From NCBI GenBank assembly GCA_963845535.1, contig CAWJSK010000019.1, positions 288,001 through 352,000 of the forward strand: DNA of 64,000 nt. Direction: 5' to 3'. The notes below the pieces were generated by a model. It did not search any database. It was not told the origin of the DNA and saw nothing but the letters and a program-made list of their open reading frames with translations. A program made the translations under genes and the position numbers. Within the stretch, counting starts at the first letter, position 1. Each line of letters opens with the position of its first letter. This document shows, one piece after another, positions 1 through 10,106 of this stretch. The DNA is from an uncultured Spirochaetota bacterium (GTDB lineage: Bacteria; Spirochaetota; Spirochaetia; SZUA-6; Fen-1364).

Positions 1-1
1 T

Positions 2-115
2 TCGAGCTTCCTTGGAAACGGAATATGGCTGCTGGCAGCTTCACTGGTGGCGGCCTTGTTCCCCGGCATGCTCTCCCTGCGCAAGACGGCGGCCGAGCTT
101 TTGAGATCACGATAG
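2..115 (+). CDS. 3' end of a membrane protein, probably an FtsX/LolE-like ABC permease (partial at window edge)
   Basis: Frame 2 reads SSFLGNGIWLLAASLVAALFPGMLSLRKTAAELLRSR*, resembling the C-terminus of FtsX/LolE permeases; lies directly upstream of a LolA-like gene. Confidence 0.55.
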   Translation, partial: SSFLGNGIWLLAASLVAALFPGMLSLRKTAAELLRSR

Positions 116-124
116 GAGACGATC

Positions 125-876
125 ATGAAAAGGATAATCGCGTTTCTGCTTCCCTTGTTCGTTGCCGCGGGCCTGTACTCAGAGTCTCCCCAGGAGATTC
201 TTGCGCAGTCCGATGCGAAGCGCACCATCGACGACATGAGCTTCGAGGTAACCCTGAGCGCGTACGACGGGAGCACAATCACGGACGCGAAGACATTGTG
301 GGGATCCCTCAAGATCGGGGCGGATCACAACAGGGTCCTCATGTATTTCACCGAACCCGCATCGGATCGCGGGAGGAAGATGCTGGTGGACGGAGACGCC
401 GTCTACCTCCTTTTCGTTCGAACAACCAATCCGATCCGGCTTTCTCCGCTGGAAGTCCTCACGGGCCAGGCATCCGACGGCGACGTTGTGCGGACGTTTG
501 CCCGGGACTATGACGTGGAATCCATGACGGAAGAAACCCGGGACGGGACCCCGGCCTACCATTTCTCTCTGTCGGCCAGGCAATCCGTCGGCGACACGAG
601 CTACCAGCGCGTACAGCTCTGGGTGGAAAAATCCAGCCTTCGGCTCCTGTACGCGGAGTTCTACGCTGCCTCTGGCGTACTCCTGAAAAAGGCGTACTAC
701 CGCGACTACCGGCGGGCATGGGGAAGGACTTCCCTTTCACCGTGGAAGTTTTTGCCGGCGATGACGCCACCAAGCGGACGGTCATGACCTTCGACAAGGT
801 CGGTCGGAAGTCCCTGCCAGAGACGGAGTTCCGGCGCAGCTTCCTGCCGTCCTGGAATCCCGAGGCGCCGAAATGA
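125..876 (+). CDS. Outer-membrane lipoprotein-sorting (LolA-like) periplasmic protein; apparent 1-nt deletion near 709-717
   Basis: Signal peptide; FTEPASDRGRKML and QRVQLWVEK..LLYAEFYAASGVLLK motifs; the plausible C-terminus (MGKDFPFTVEV...EFRRSFLPSWNPEAPK*) lies in another frame and ends in an ATGA overlap with the next gene. Confidence 0.7.
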
Positions 877-2153
877 GGGTCTTCGTCATTGCGATGGCGC
901 TGGCGGCTGCCGCGGCGCTTCCGGTGTCTGCGCTTGAAGGCGAGATCGACGTAGACGCGGCGCCGGAAGCTGCACTGGCTCCGACGCAGGGGCCCGGTTC
1001 TCCGCTTGCGCAAGCCGAGGCCACGCGGATCACCTCCCAGCTTGCCCTGAGCGGCCACACCTCTCCCGCTGAAGGGCTCACCCTTTCCGCCACGGCCTGG
1101 GGTCTTCTGGATACGCTGCCTGACTACAACCCGCTGAACGTCCCCGGCAACCGGCTTGCCGTTTCCAGCCGGTTGCTCCAGGCTGACGTGAGCTGGCAGA
1201 TCATCCCTGGCGTTCTCATATGGGACACGGGCAAAGAGATCATCCACCCGTCGTCAGGATTCTTCCGCACCCCTCTGAACCTCATCTCACGCGGGGCGGC
1301 TGGCAACGTGCCGCAGCAGATCCCGGCCGCCGCGCCCCAGTGGGAGGAGGGCTGGATCGGGACCCGCCTTCTCTGGATTGTCGGGGACTTCAGCATCGAG
1401 GACTTCTTCTCACCCCGGCTCGTGTGGTCAAGCGATACAGACAGCGTGCTCGGGTATATGAGCGCACAGCAGGAGGACTTCATCGACCAGCTCCGAATCC
1501 AGGCCCATGTCGCTGGAGTGGATCTGCAGGCGCTCGGGCTTGTTTCCACCGACGGACCGGGGAGCGCCGACCCCGCGGTGCACGCCCAGGCCGGGGCGGG
1601 AGTGGACGCGAATATCGGAAGCCGCGTGACGGTGCGCGGTGAGGTCTCTCTTGCGGATTCGCTCCCGAGGATTGCCGTTGCTGATCCCGCGCTTTTGACA
1701 ACGATCGCGCAATCCGTGCCGTGGGTCGTCAGGGCCCTTGCCGGTTTTACGTGGTCCATCACGACGAAGACCTCTCTCATGGTCGAATATGCCTATGACG
1801 GTCTTGGCTTTGCGGGCGCTGACTACTCGAGCGTCATCCAATACGCCAGGAACAGGCTGGCAAACGGGGGAGCAGGGCCCGACGTTCTGGGCCAGTTCGG
1901 ATCATTCGAGGCCGCGCAACACTATGCGTTTGCCCGGCTGGCAAAGGACATCACCGACCAGCTGACCGCGCAGGGATGGGTCGAAGTGAACCTGCAGGAT
2001 CCCTCCGCCATGGACGGGATCGGCATTACTATGACGAACGACGGGTGGGGCTTGAGCGGCTCAGTGACCAACACCTGGGGCGGAAACGCCACGGAGGCGG
2101 GCGTCTCCCCTTTCCTGTGGCAGCTTGACGTCGAGCTGAAGTTGTTCTTTTAG
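873..2153 (+). CDS. Exported hypothetical protein, probable outer-membrane beta-barrel
   Basis: 426-aa ORF with signal peptide, alternating beta-strand pattern and C-terminal LDVELKLFF; coupled to upstream gene. Confidence 0.6.
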   Translation: MRVFVIAMALAAAAALPVSALEGEIDVDAAPEAALAPTQGPGSPLAQAEATRITSQLALSGHTSPAEGLTLSATAWGLLDTLPDYNPLNVPGNRLAVSSRLLQADVSWQIIPGVLIWDTGKEIIHPSSGFFRTPLNLISRGAAGNVPQQIPAAAPQWEEGWIGTRLLWIVGDFSIEDFFSPRLVWSSDTDSVLGYMSAQQEDFIDQLRIQAHVAGVDLQALGLVSTDGPGSADPAVHAQAGAGVDANIGSRVTVRGEVSLADSLPRIAVADPALLTTIAQSVPWVVRALAGFTWSITTKTSLMVEYAYDGLGFAGADYSSVIQYARNRLANGGAGPDVLGQFGSFEAAQHYAFARLAKDITDQLTAQGWVEVNLQDPSAMDGIGITMTNDGWGLSGSVTNTWGGNATEAGVSPFLWQLDVELKLFF

Positions 2154-2165
2154 CGCCGGCATGGC

Positions 2166-3374
2166 ATGCTGATGGAAACGATGCGGAAAATGCAGGCCCA
2201 CTCGCAGCATCGCCTGTTCTCATCCCCATGGCTGCTGTGGCTCGTGTGGATCGTCTGGCTCCCGTTCCTCACTCCGGACATCGTCCAGCTTCTGCAGGGT
2301 CCCGTGGCTCCTGTCTCCGTCGCGGCTCTTGCAGGGCAGGCGGTCTTCGTGGCGGTTTACGCGTTCTGCGCATTCCGCGTGGCCCTGTCCCTCAGCGCAA
2401 GGTCCGGGCCGGAGGCGAGCGCCCGCGTGATGAGCCTCAGGAGGACCGGCGTCACTCTCTTCCTGCTCGCCGCCAGCGTGGCCATCGCGCTCATGGGAAA
2501 ACCGAAGGACATGTATCCGACGAGCCTGTTCATCTTCACCGCCGCCTACGCAGGAACCGCATTTCGCATACCCCGGGCCATCATCACCAACGCGGTGGTG
2601 CTCGCCGCGTGCCTGGCCACGGGCGTATTCTTGGGCTCGTCTTTCTCCGCGCTGTTGCCGGCCGTGTTCGTCATCCCGGTGGTCAGCTTCATGACCATGA
2701 GCTGGACCCGGTCCATCATCGTGGGACGGCAGCTCCATGAGGCGCAGGGGCAGATCGCCCGGCTCGCGGCCGCGGACGAGCGGCTTCGCATCGCGCGGGA
2801 CCTGCACGACCTTCTCGGACAAAAGCTTTCCTTCATCGCGCTGAAGAGCGAGCTGGCCCGCCATCTCATCCCGTCCGCGCCGGACAAGGCGGCGGCGGAG
2901 ATAGCGGAGGTGGAATCCACCGTCCGCTCCACGCTCCAGGAAGTGAGGGAGGCGGTTGCCGGCTACAGAAAGCCGGACCTCGCGCATGAGCTGCGCGCGG
3001 CGGCGGAGATCCTTTCCGCCGCGGGCATCCAGCTCGTGAGGACGGGGGATCCGGACGCGGCAGGCAGGCTTTCCCCAGGACGCAATGAGGCTCTTGCGTG
3101 GGCGGTCCGGGAAGGGGTGACGAACGTCATTCGCCATAGCCGCGCAAAAACCTGCACCATCGATCTCAGGGAAGACGGCCGGAGCGCGGTGGTGGAGATT
3201 TCAGATGACGGAAACGGGGGAGCTGGAGCAGCTCCTGGTGTCTCACGCGGAGGCAGCGGGTTGCGAGGGCTTCACGAGCGCTTCGAGGCTCTGGGCGGAG
3301 AGTGCGACGCGCGGGGCCGGGCGCAAGGCGGCTTTGTCCTGACGGCAACGGTGCCGGCCGAGGGACAGGAATGA
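2166..3374 (+). CDS. Membrane sensor histidine kinase, HisKA_3 (DesK-like)
   Basis: About five TM helices; H-box ERLRIARDLHDLLGQ; EGVTNVIRHS, DDGNG and GSGLRGLHER boxes. Confidence 0.92.
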   Translation: MLMETMRKMQAHSQHRLFSSPWLLWLVWIVWLPFLTPDIVQLLQGPVAPVSVAALAGQAVFVAVYAFCAFRVALSLSARSGPEASARVMSLRRTGVTLFLLAASVAIALMGKPKDMYPTSLFIFTAAYAGTAFRIPRAIITNAVVLAACLATGVFLGSSFSALLPAVFVIPVVSFMTMSWTRSIIVGRQLHEAQGQIARLAAADERLRIARDLHDLLGQKLSFIALKSELARHLIPSAPDKAAAEIAEVESTVRSTLQEVREAVAGYRKPDLAHELRAAAEILSAAGIQLVRTGDPDAAGRLSPGRNEALAWAVREGVTNVIRHSRAKTCTIDLREDGRSAVVEISDDGNGGAGAAPGVSRGGSGLRGLHERFEALGGECDARGRAQGGFVLTATVPAEGQE

Positions 3375-3976
3375 TCCGCGTGCTGCTTGCTGATGACCAG
3401 GCAACCGTGCGCGGCGCCCTTGCCGCGCTTCTGCGGCTGGAGAAAGACATCGATGTGGTTGCGGAGGTCGGACGAGCAGACGATGTCCTGGAGGCCGCCA
3501 TCCAGAAAAAGCCGGACGTGGCGCTGCTGGACATCGAGATGCCCGGAGGGGACGGCCTTGGCGCCGCGGCCCGGCTGCGGGAGAAACTTCCGTCCTGCCG
3601 GGTGCTCATGCTCACCACCTTTGGCAGGCCAGGGTACCTTCGCCGCGCCATGGAAGGTGGGGCCGTTGGCTTCCTGACAAAAGACATGCCGGCCGCCGAG
3701 CTTGCGTCCGCAATCCGCAGGGCCGTGGCCGGAGAGCGTGTCATTGACCCGCAGCTCGCCATCGATGCCCTGAGTGAAGGAGACAACCCGCTCACCGAGC
3801 GGGAACGAGACGTCCTTTCCGCTGCGTCCAGCGGGGCCGGGATTGCCGAGATTGCGAAGCAGCTCTTCCTTTCCCCGGGGACCGTGCGCAACTACCTTTC
3901 CCTGGCAATCCAGAAGCTGGATGCCGCAAACCGTTTCGAGGCCGCCCGCATTGCCAGGGAAAAAGGGTGGATCTGA
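3371..3976 (+). CDS. NarL/LuxR-family response regulator (DesR-like)
   Basis: MIRVLLADD, LLDIEMP, LTTFGRPGY and LuxR HTH PLTERERDVL...GTVRNYLS; ATGA overlap with the kinase. Confidence 0.93.
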   Translation: MIRVLLADDQATVRGALAALLRLEKDIDVVAEVGRADDVLEAAIQKKPDVALLDIEMPGGDGLGAAARLREKLPSCRVLMLTTFGRPGYLRRAMEGGAVGFLTKDMPAAELASAIRRAVAGERVIDPQLAIDALSEGDNPLTERERDVLSAASSGAGIAEIAKQLFLSPGTVRNYLSLAIQKLDAANRFEAARIAREKGWI

Positions 3977-3982
3977 GGCGAA

Positions 3983-4888
3983 TCACGCCTTGCGGGACGC
4001 GCCATTTGCCGGAAGCACAGGACGCATTCCCGTCATCCTCGCGGACATCCGGGCCACAAGGGCGCGCGGTGCGTGACGGAGAAAAAACGTCAGAAGCGGC
4101 TTGCCAACGACCGTGACGGGGGCCGGGTCCCGGGACTTGAGCAGCCGCAGCACGGCGTCAGAAACCGTGTGGGGATCAGGGGAGCTCGCAATCGTGCGCT
4201 CCCGGACCTCGCTGACGCCTTGAAGCGCCTCCGCGTACGGCGACTTTTTCTGCATGAAGCGTTCCTGGGGAAGGCTGGTCCGGACGTACCACGGGGTGAC
4301 CACGGCAACCCGCACCCCCGTGCCCTGCAGCTCCATGCGAAGGCATTCGCCGAAAGCCCTGATGGCCGCTTTGCTGGCCGCGTAGATGGATGAGAAAGGC
4401 GTCGGCGCCTCTCCTCTGATTGAGCCGATGAAGATTATCATCCCGCTTTGTTTCCTGCGCATGGCTGGCAGGAAGCCTTGCATGACCAAGGCAGGGCCGA
4501 AAAAGTTGACGTCAAAATGCCGGCGCATGGCGCGGATGGGGATTTCTTCGGCCGGGCCGATGGGGCTTTCGCCGGCGTTGTTCACCAGGAGGTCCACCTC
4601 TCCCGCGGCGCGAACGAGCGCTGCAATACTTTTTTCATTTCCCAGGTCAAGCGCGACATAACGCACCCCGGCAACCCGTTCCTTTGGCGCAAGGCGGCGC
4701 GGGTTTCTGCATGTGCCAGTGACACTCCAGCCCTCCCTGACCAGGGCCTCTGCAATTGCCTTCCCGATCCCGCGGGAAGCGCCGGTGACCAGTGCGCGGT
4801 CTGCGCTTGCACTCGAAGCGCCGGTGACCAGTGCGCGGCCTGCGCTCGCACTCGATGTGCCGGTGACAATCGCCTTGCCGTGCTTCAT
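3983..4888 (-). CDS. Short-chain dehydrogenase/reductase with triplicated N-terminal motif
   Basis: TGASRGIG, NNAG and YAASK motifs. Confidence 0.9.
   Translation of the reverse strand: MKHGKAIVTGTSSASAGRALVTGASSASADRALVTGASRGIGKAIAEALVREGWSVTGTCRNPRRLAPKERVAGVRYVALDLGNEKSIAALVRAAGEVDLLVNNAGESPIGPAEEIPIRAMRRHFDVNFFGPALVMQGFLPAMRRKQSGMIIFIGSIRGEAPTPFSSIYAASKAAIRAFGECLRMELQGTGVRVAVVTPWYVRTSLPQERFMQKKSPYAEALQGVSEVRERTIASSPDPHTVSDAVLRLLKSRDPAPVTVVGKPLLTFFLRHAPRALVARMSARMTGMRPVLPANGASRKA
4776..4867. repeat. 39-bp in-frame tandem repeat (about 2.4 copies) at the SDR 5' end
   Basis: GCCGGTGAC recurs at 4781, 4820 and 4859; encodes AIVTGTSSASAGR / ALVTGASSASADR / ALVTGASRGIGKA. Confidence 0.9.
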
Positions 4889-6294
4889 GCCATGCAGTCC
4901 AGGAGCGCGCCGAATGCCTTCACGGCCTTGTCGTTGTCCTCTTCTGTATGGCTTGCGCTCACCATGTCCCGCCCGTTCCTGGTGAGAACGCCGTTCGCGT
5001 GGACGATCATTGAATACTCCTCCAATATTCCCCGACGCATCATGATCTCATTCAGCGCGTCGGCTCCCGTGATGGGAACGGCGTGCGGAGCTGTCATCTC
5101 GATGCGGATGATGCCGCCGAAGTTGTACGCGAAAAACCCGCAGCTTCGACCGGCGAACAGCGCGTTGAGCTTGTCCACGTAGTCAGAGGCCGCGTTGAAA
5201 AGACGATCCATGACGCCCGGCTTTTCCAGCTCCACAAACGTGAAATATGCGGCCGCCGCGGAAAGGACCGTGCCCGGAAGCGTCCCCGCGAGGTAGGCGA
5301 ACGGCCGTCCGTCAGGGATCACGCCGGCGCTCGCTGTTTCCATCACCTCCGCTTTTCCGCAGACGGCGCCGCATCCCGGCCAGCCGCTCATGAGCGCCTT
5401 GCCAAGAGTGGTAAGGTCAGGCTTCACGCCGAGAGCGCCCTGCGCGCCGCCCAGCCCCATGCGAAGCCCGGTGACTACCTCGTCGAACACGTACAGCGCG
5501 CCGTGCTTGTGGGCGATCTCGATGGCGGCCTTGTGGAAATCATCCGTAAAAGGGACCAGCCCTGACTCTCCGCCAACAGGCTCGCAGAAGACCGCCGCAA
5601 TTCCGCCGTCTTTCGCGTTGTCCACGAAAGCTTTTTCCAGCGCCTCCAGATCGTTGGGCGGGATCAGCACCGTCAGGTCGAGGATTTCTCCCGGAACGCC
5701 CTGTGAGAGGAACCTGCCGCTTCCGGGGATCTCCATGTCCGTCATGAACGTGTCGGTCCAGCCATGGTAGCCTGCCATGAACTTGGCGACTTTCTTCCTG
5801 CCGGTGAAGGACCGGGCGATCCGTGCAGCCGCGGCGTTGGCCTCCGTGCCTGATGAGGTGAAGCGGACCCTCTCGATGCCAGGGAAATGGCTGATGATCT
5901 TTTCGGCCGCCTTGATCTCCATCTCATCGGAAAACCCGTGAAACCAGGTCCTCTTCCCGATCACGTCCATCATGCTGCGCTTCAGGCCTTCGTGATTGTG
6001 CCCCAGGATGATCGGCCCGCCCGCCAGGATGTAGTCGATGTACTCGTTGCCGTCCACGTCCCACACGCGGCTTCCCTCCCCATGATCCATGAAAAGCGGG
6101 TAGGGGACGCTGGGAGCCCATGCGTGCTCCAGGCCGCGGGGAAGCACTTTTCCGGCTCTCTGGAAGAGCCGGGCAGACGTGGACGTCCTGCCCTGGAGCT
6201 CGTTCAAGGCCTTGTCCCGCCGCGCGGGGTCGAGCTTCCTGACAGGGCGCGCCGCAAGCGCGCGGGTGCGGTCCACGATGTCCTGGTATTTCAT
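4885..6294 (-). CDS. Class-III PLP aminotransferase, glutamate-1-semialdehyde aminomutase-like
   Basis: WDVDGNEYIDY, SSGTEA, GYHG, FDEVVTG and PDLTTLGK; start placed at MKYQDIV because the longer ORF extension is antisense to nifJ. Confidence 0.85.
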   Translation of the reverse strand: MKYQDIVDRTRALAARPVRKLDPARRDKALNELQGRTSTSARLFQRAGKVLPRGLEHAWAPSVPYPLFMDHGEGSRVWDVDGNEYIDYILAGGPIILGHNHEGLKRSMMDVIGKRTWFHGFSDEMEIKAAEKIISHFPGIERVRFTSSGTEANAAAARIARSFTGRKKVAKFMAGYHGWTDTFMTDMEIPGSGRFLSQGVPGEILDLTVLIPPNDLEALEKAFVDNAKDGGIAAVFCEPVGGESGLVPFTDDFHKAAIEIAHKHGALYVFDEVVTGLRMGLGGAQGALGVKPDLTTLGKALMSGWPGCGAVCGKAEVMETASAGVIPDGRPFAYLAGTLPGTVLSAAAAYFTFVELEKPGVMDRLFNAASDYVDKLNALFAGRSCGFFAYNFGGIIRIEMTAPHAVPITGADALNEIMMRRGILEEYSMIVHANGVLTRNGRDMVSASHTEEDNDKAVKAFGALLDCMA

Positions 6295-6371
6295 ATGAAG
6301 CCGGAGTATAGGGGAATGCAGCCAGGCTTGCCAGTGCCGCGCGGCGCAGGACGGCTCGCGGCCGGCGGCAA

Positions 6372-6400
6372 TTGTCACACTGCTTGAAAAGAGATATGAT
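6372..6400 (+). promoter_or_regulatory. Putative sigma70 promoter of nifJ
   Basis: TTGTCA-N17-TATGAT, 50 nt upstream of the ATG. Confidence 0.6.
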
Positions 6401-6450
6401 GGCTCCTGAAAAGTCCCCCACACCCTTTTAACGAAAGAAGGTCTGCGAAT

Positions 6451-9400
6451 ATGGCCAGGAAGATGGTCACCATCGACGGGAATACCGCCGCTGGTACAGT
6501 CGCGCATGCGACAAATGAAGTCATTGCGATTTATCCAATCACTCCGTCGTCGACCATGGGAGAGCTTGCGGATGAGCTGTCCGCGGATGGCGTAAAGAAC
6601 ATCTGGGGCACGGTCCCGAGCGTCGTGGAGATGCAGTCCGAGGCGGGCGCCGCCGGCGCGGTCCACGGGGCCCTCACCACGGGCGCCCTGACCACCACGT
6701 TCACGGCGTCCCAGGGCCTCCTCCTCATGATCCCCAACATGTACAAGATCGCCGGCGAGCTCACCCCCACGGTCTTCCACATTGCCGCGCGAGCGCTTGC
6801 CACGCACGCCTTGTCGATCTTCGGCGACCATGCGGACGTGATGGCCTGCCGGTCCACCGGCTGGGCCATGCTGTGCTCGAACAACGCCCAGGAGATCATG
6901 GATTGCGCCCTCATTGCGCAAGCGGCAACCCTCGAGTCCCGCATCCCCTTCCTTCACTTCTTCGACGGCTTCCGATCCTACATGGAGATCCAGAAGATCG
7001 AAGAGCTCAGCCATGACGACATGCGCGCCATGATCACGGATGAGCTCGTGGCTGCCCACCGGGCCCGGGCGCTCAACCCTGAGCGGCCCACCATCAAGGG
7101 CACCTCGCAGAACCCCGACGTGTACTTTGCCGGCCGTGAGACGGTGAACAAGTACTACATGGCCGTTCCCGGCATCGTCCAGAAGGCCATGGACAAGCTT
7201 GCCAAGCTGGTCGGCCGCCAGTATAAGCTGTTCGACTACGTCGGCTCACCTGACGCGGATCGCGTCATCATCATGATGGGCAACGGCGCGGAGACCGCGG
7301 AAGAGGCCGCCGAGCACCTGAATGGGAAGGGAGAAAAAGTCGGTGTCCTGAAGGTCAGGCTGTTCCGTCCGTTCAGCCTGGAGCACTTCGCGCAGGCCCT
7401 CCCCAAGTCCGTGAAGGCAATTGCCGTCCTGGACCGGACCAAGGAGCCCGGCTCCCTCGGTGAGCCGCTCTATGAAGACGTACGCACCGCCATCGGAGAG
7501 GCCATGTCGGGCGGGCTGCTGAAGATGAAGGATTACCCCGCGGTGGTGGGGGGCAGATACGGCCTGGGCTCCTACGAGTTCACCGGCGCCATGGCCAAGT
7601 CAGTCTTCGACAACCTGTCCGCCAAGTCCCCGAAGAACCACTTCACCGTGGGCATCAATGACGACGTGACGAATACCAGTCTTCCCTTTGACCCCTCGTT
7701 CTCATCGGAGCCGGAGGGAGTCCATCGCGCAATGTTCTATGGGTTGGGGGCGGACGGGACCATCGGAGCCAACAAGAACTCGATCAAGATCATCGGCAAG
7801 GCCACTGACAATTACGTCCAGGGCTACTTCGTTCTGGACTCCAAGAAGTCCGGCTCCATCACGATCTCGCACCTGCGGTTCGGAAAGAAGCCCATCAAGA
7901 GCACGTACCTCATCAGCAAGGCGAACTTCCTGGCCTGCCACAAGTTCAGCTTCCTCCAGAAGTACGACATGCTCTCCCAGGCGGATGACGGGGCCGTATT
8001 CCTCCTGAACTCCCCGTTCGGGAAGGACGAGGTCTGGGCAAACATCCCCGTCGAGGTGCAGAAGCAGATCATCGACAAGAAGCTGAAGTTCTACGTGATC
8101 AACGGGACCAAGATCGCCGACGACGTGGGGTTACGCGGAAGGATCAACGTCCCCTTGCAGACGGCGTTCTTCGTCATTTCGGGGATCCTCCCGGAAGCCA
8201 AGGCCCTGGAGCTGATCAAGACGGCCATCGAGGACACCTACGGAAACAAGGGACGGGACATCGTCGAGATGAACATGAAGGCCGTGGAGGCGGCCCGCAC
8301 GCGCATCGAAAAGGTGGACTATCCTTCCAAGCCCTCGGGCAGCGTGCACATGCTTCCTTCCGTCCCCGAGGAGGCGCCGGAGTTTGTCCAGAAGGTCACG
8401 GCCAAGATCATTGCCCGGCCGGGGAGAGACGCTTCCGGTGTCCGCGCTTCCCGACGACGGTACGTGGCCCACGGGCACCACGAAGTGGGAGAAGCGCAAC
8501 ATCGCGGAAGAGATCCCCGTCTGGGACGCCGACACGTGTATCCAGTGCGGCGAATGTTCCCTCGTGTGCCCGCACGGCGTCATCCGCATGAGCGTGTATG
8601 ACCCCTCGCACCTCGCGGAAGCCCCCGCATCGTTCAAGTCCATCGACGCCAAGGGCGCCGAGCTCAAGGGCCTGAAGTTCACCGTCCAGGTGTCTTCCCT
8701 GGACTGCACGGGCTGCGGCGTGTGCGTGGCCACATGCCCGGCGTACAAGAAAGTGGACGGCCAGAAGACGGACAAGAAAGCAATCAACATGGCTGCCCAG
8801 CTCCCAATCCGGGACCAGGAAGCGAAGAACTTCGAGTTCTTCCTTTCCCTGCCGGACGTGGATCCCAAGTACATCAAGCGGAACAGCATCAAGGGATCAC
8901 AGCTCATCGCGCCGATGTTCGAGTTCTCCGGCGCGTGCGCCGGGTGCGGTGAGACGCCGTACGTCAAGCTGATGAGCCAGCTCTACGGGGACCGCGCCGT
9001 CATTGCCAACGCAACGGGCTGCTCCTCCATCTACGGAGGCAACCTGCCCACCACGCCGTACACGACACGCAGAGACGGGAGGGGCCCCGCGTGGTCCAAC
9101 TCCCTGTTCGAGGACGCGGCGGAGTTCGGGTTCGGCATGCGCCTGACCTCCGACAAGCTGATGGAGTACGCGCGGGAGCTGATCGACGCCCTGGCAACCG
9201 GTGGGTCCAAGGCCGTGACGAAGGACCTCCTGGACCAGATCAAGAACGCGGACCAGACCACGCAGGCCGGCATTGAAAGCCAGAGGCAGCGCGTCACCGA
9301 CCTGAAGAATGCCCTTGCCAAGAAGGGATCCACCGCGGAGGAGAAGAGACTGCTCGCCGCGGCGGACTACCTGATCAGGAAGTCCGTCTGGATCATCGGC

Positions 9401-10024
9401 GGGGACGGATGGGCGTATGACATCGGGTACGGCGGCCTGGACCACGTCATTGCATCAGGGCGCAAGGTGAACGTGCTCGTGCTGGATACCGAGGTCTACT
9501 CCAACACCGGCGGGCAGATGTCCAAGTCCACCCCCGTGGGGGCCATTGCGAAGTTCGCCGCCGCCGGCAAGCCGATGGGCAAGAAGGACCTGGGCCTCAT
9601 GGCCGTTGCGTACGGAAACGTGTACGTGGCCCGAGTGGCCTTCGGGGCCAACAAGCTGCAAACCATCCGGGCGTTCACGGAAGCGGACGAGTACGACGGG
9701 CCTTCTATAATCATCGCGTACGCGCACTGCATCAACCACGGCTATGACCTGCGCAAGGGGGTGGGCCAGCAGAAGCTTGCCGTGGAGTCCGGCGCCTGGC
9801 CCCTGTTCCGCTACAACCCCAAGCTGAAAGCGGAAGGGAAGAACCCGTTCATCCTGGACTCGAAGGAGCCTTCGGTGGATATCGGAGATTACATGTACAA
9901 CGAGATCCGATTCCGCGCGCTCAAGCAGATCGGGCCGGAGAGGGCGGCTTCCCTGCTCGAGGTTGCGCGCCGGGACGCCAAGGACCGCTACTCGTACTAC
10001 AAGTACATGGCTGACAGGACATAG
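6451..10024 (+). CDS. nifJ: Pyruvate:ferredoxin/flavodoxin oxidoreductase (homodimeric PFOR); apparent 1-nt insertion at 8414-8416
   Basis: YPITPS, EMQSEAGAAG, GGRYGL, two CxxCxxCxxxCP motifs, ACAGCGE, ATGCSSIYGG and GGDGWAYDIG; split between ORFs 6451-8601 and 8384-10024, removing one C gives IIAGRGETLPVS. Confidence 0.95.
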
Positions 10025-10106
10025 GAAAAGGCGCGCGGTCCTGGCGCGGCTCTGTCACAGCGTAGCTGTGCGGAAGCCGCGCCAGGCGACCGCGCCAATC
10101 CTGCCC

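Noticed and set aside
6295..7059. N-terminal extension of the aminotransferase ORF (724 aa)
   Set aside because: Antisense to nifJ and crosses its promoter; the protein-like sequence starts at 6294
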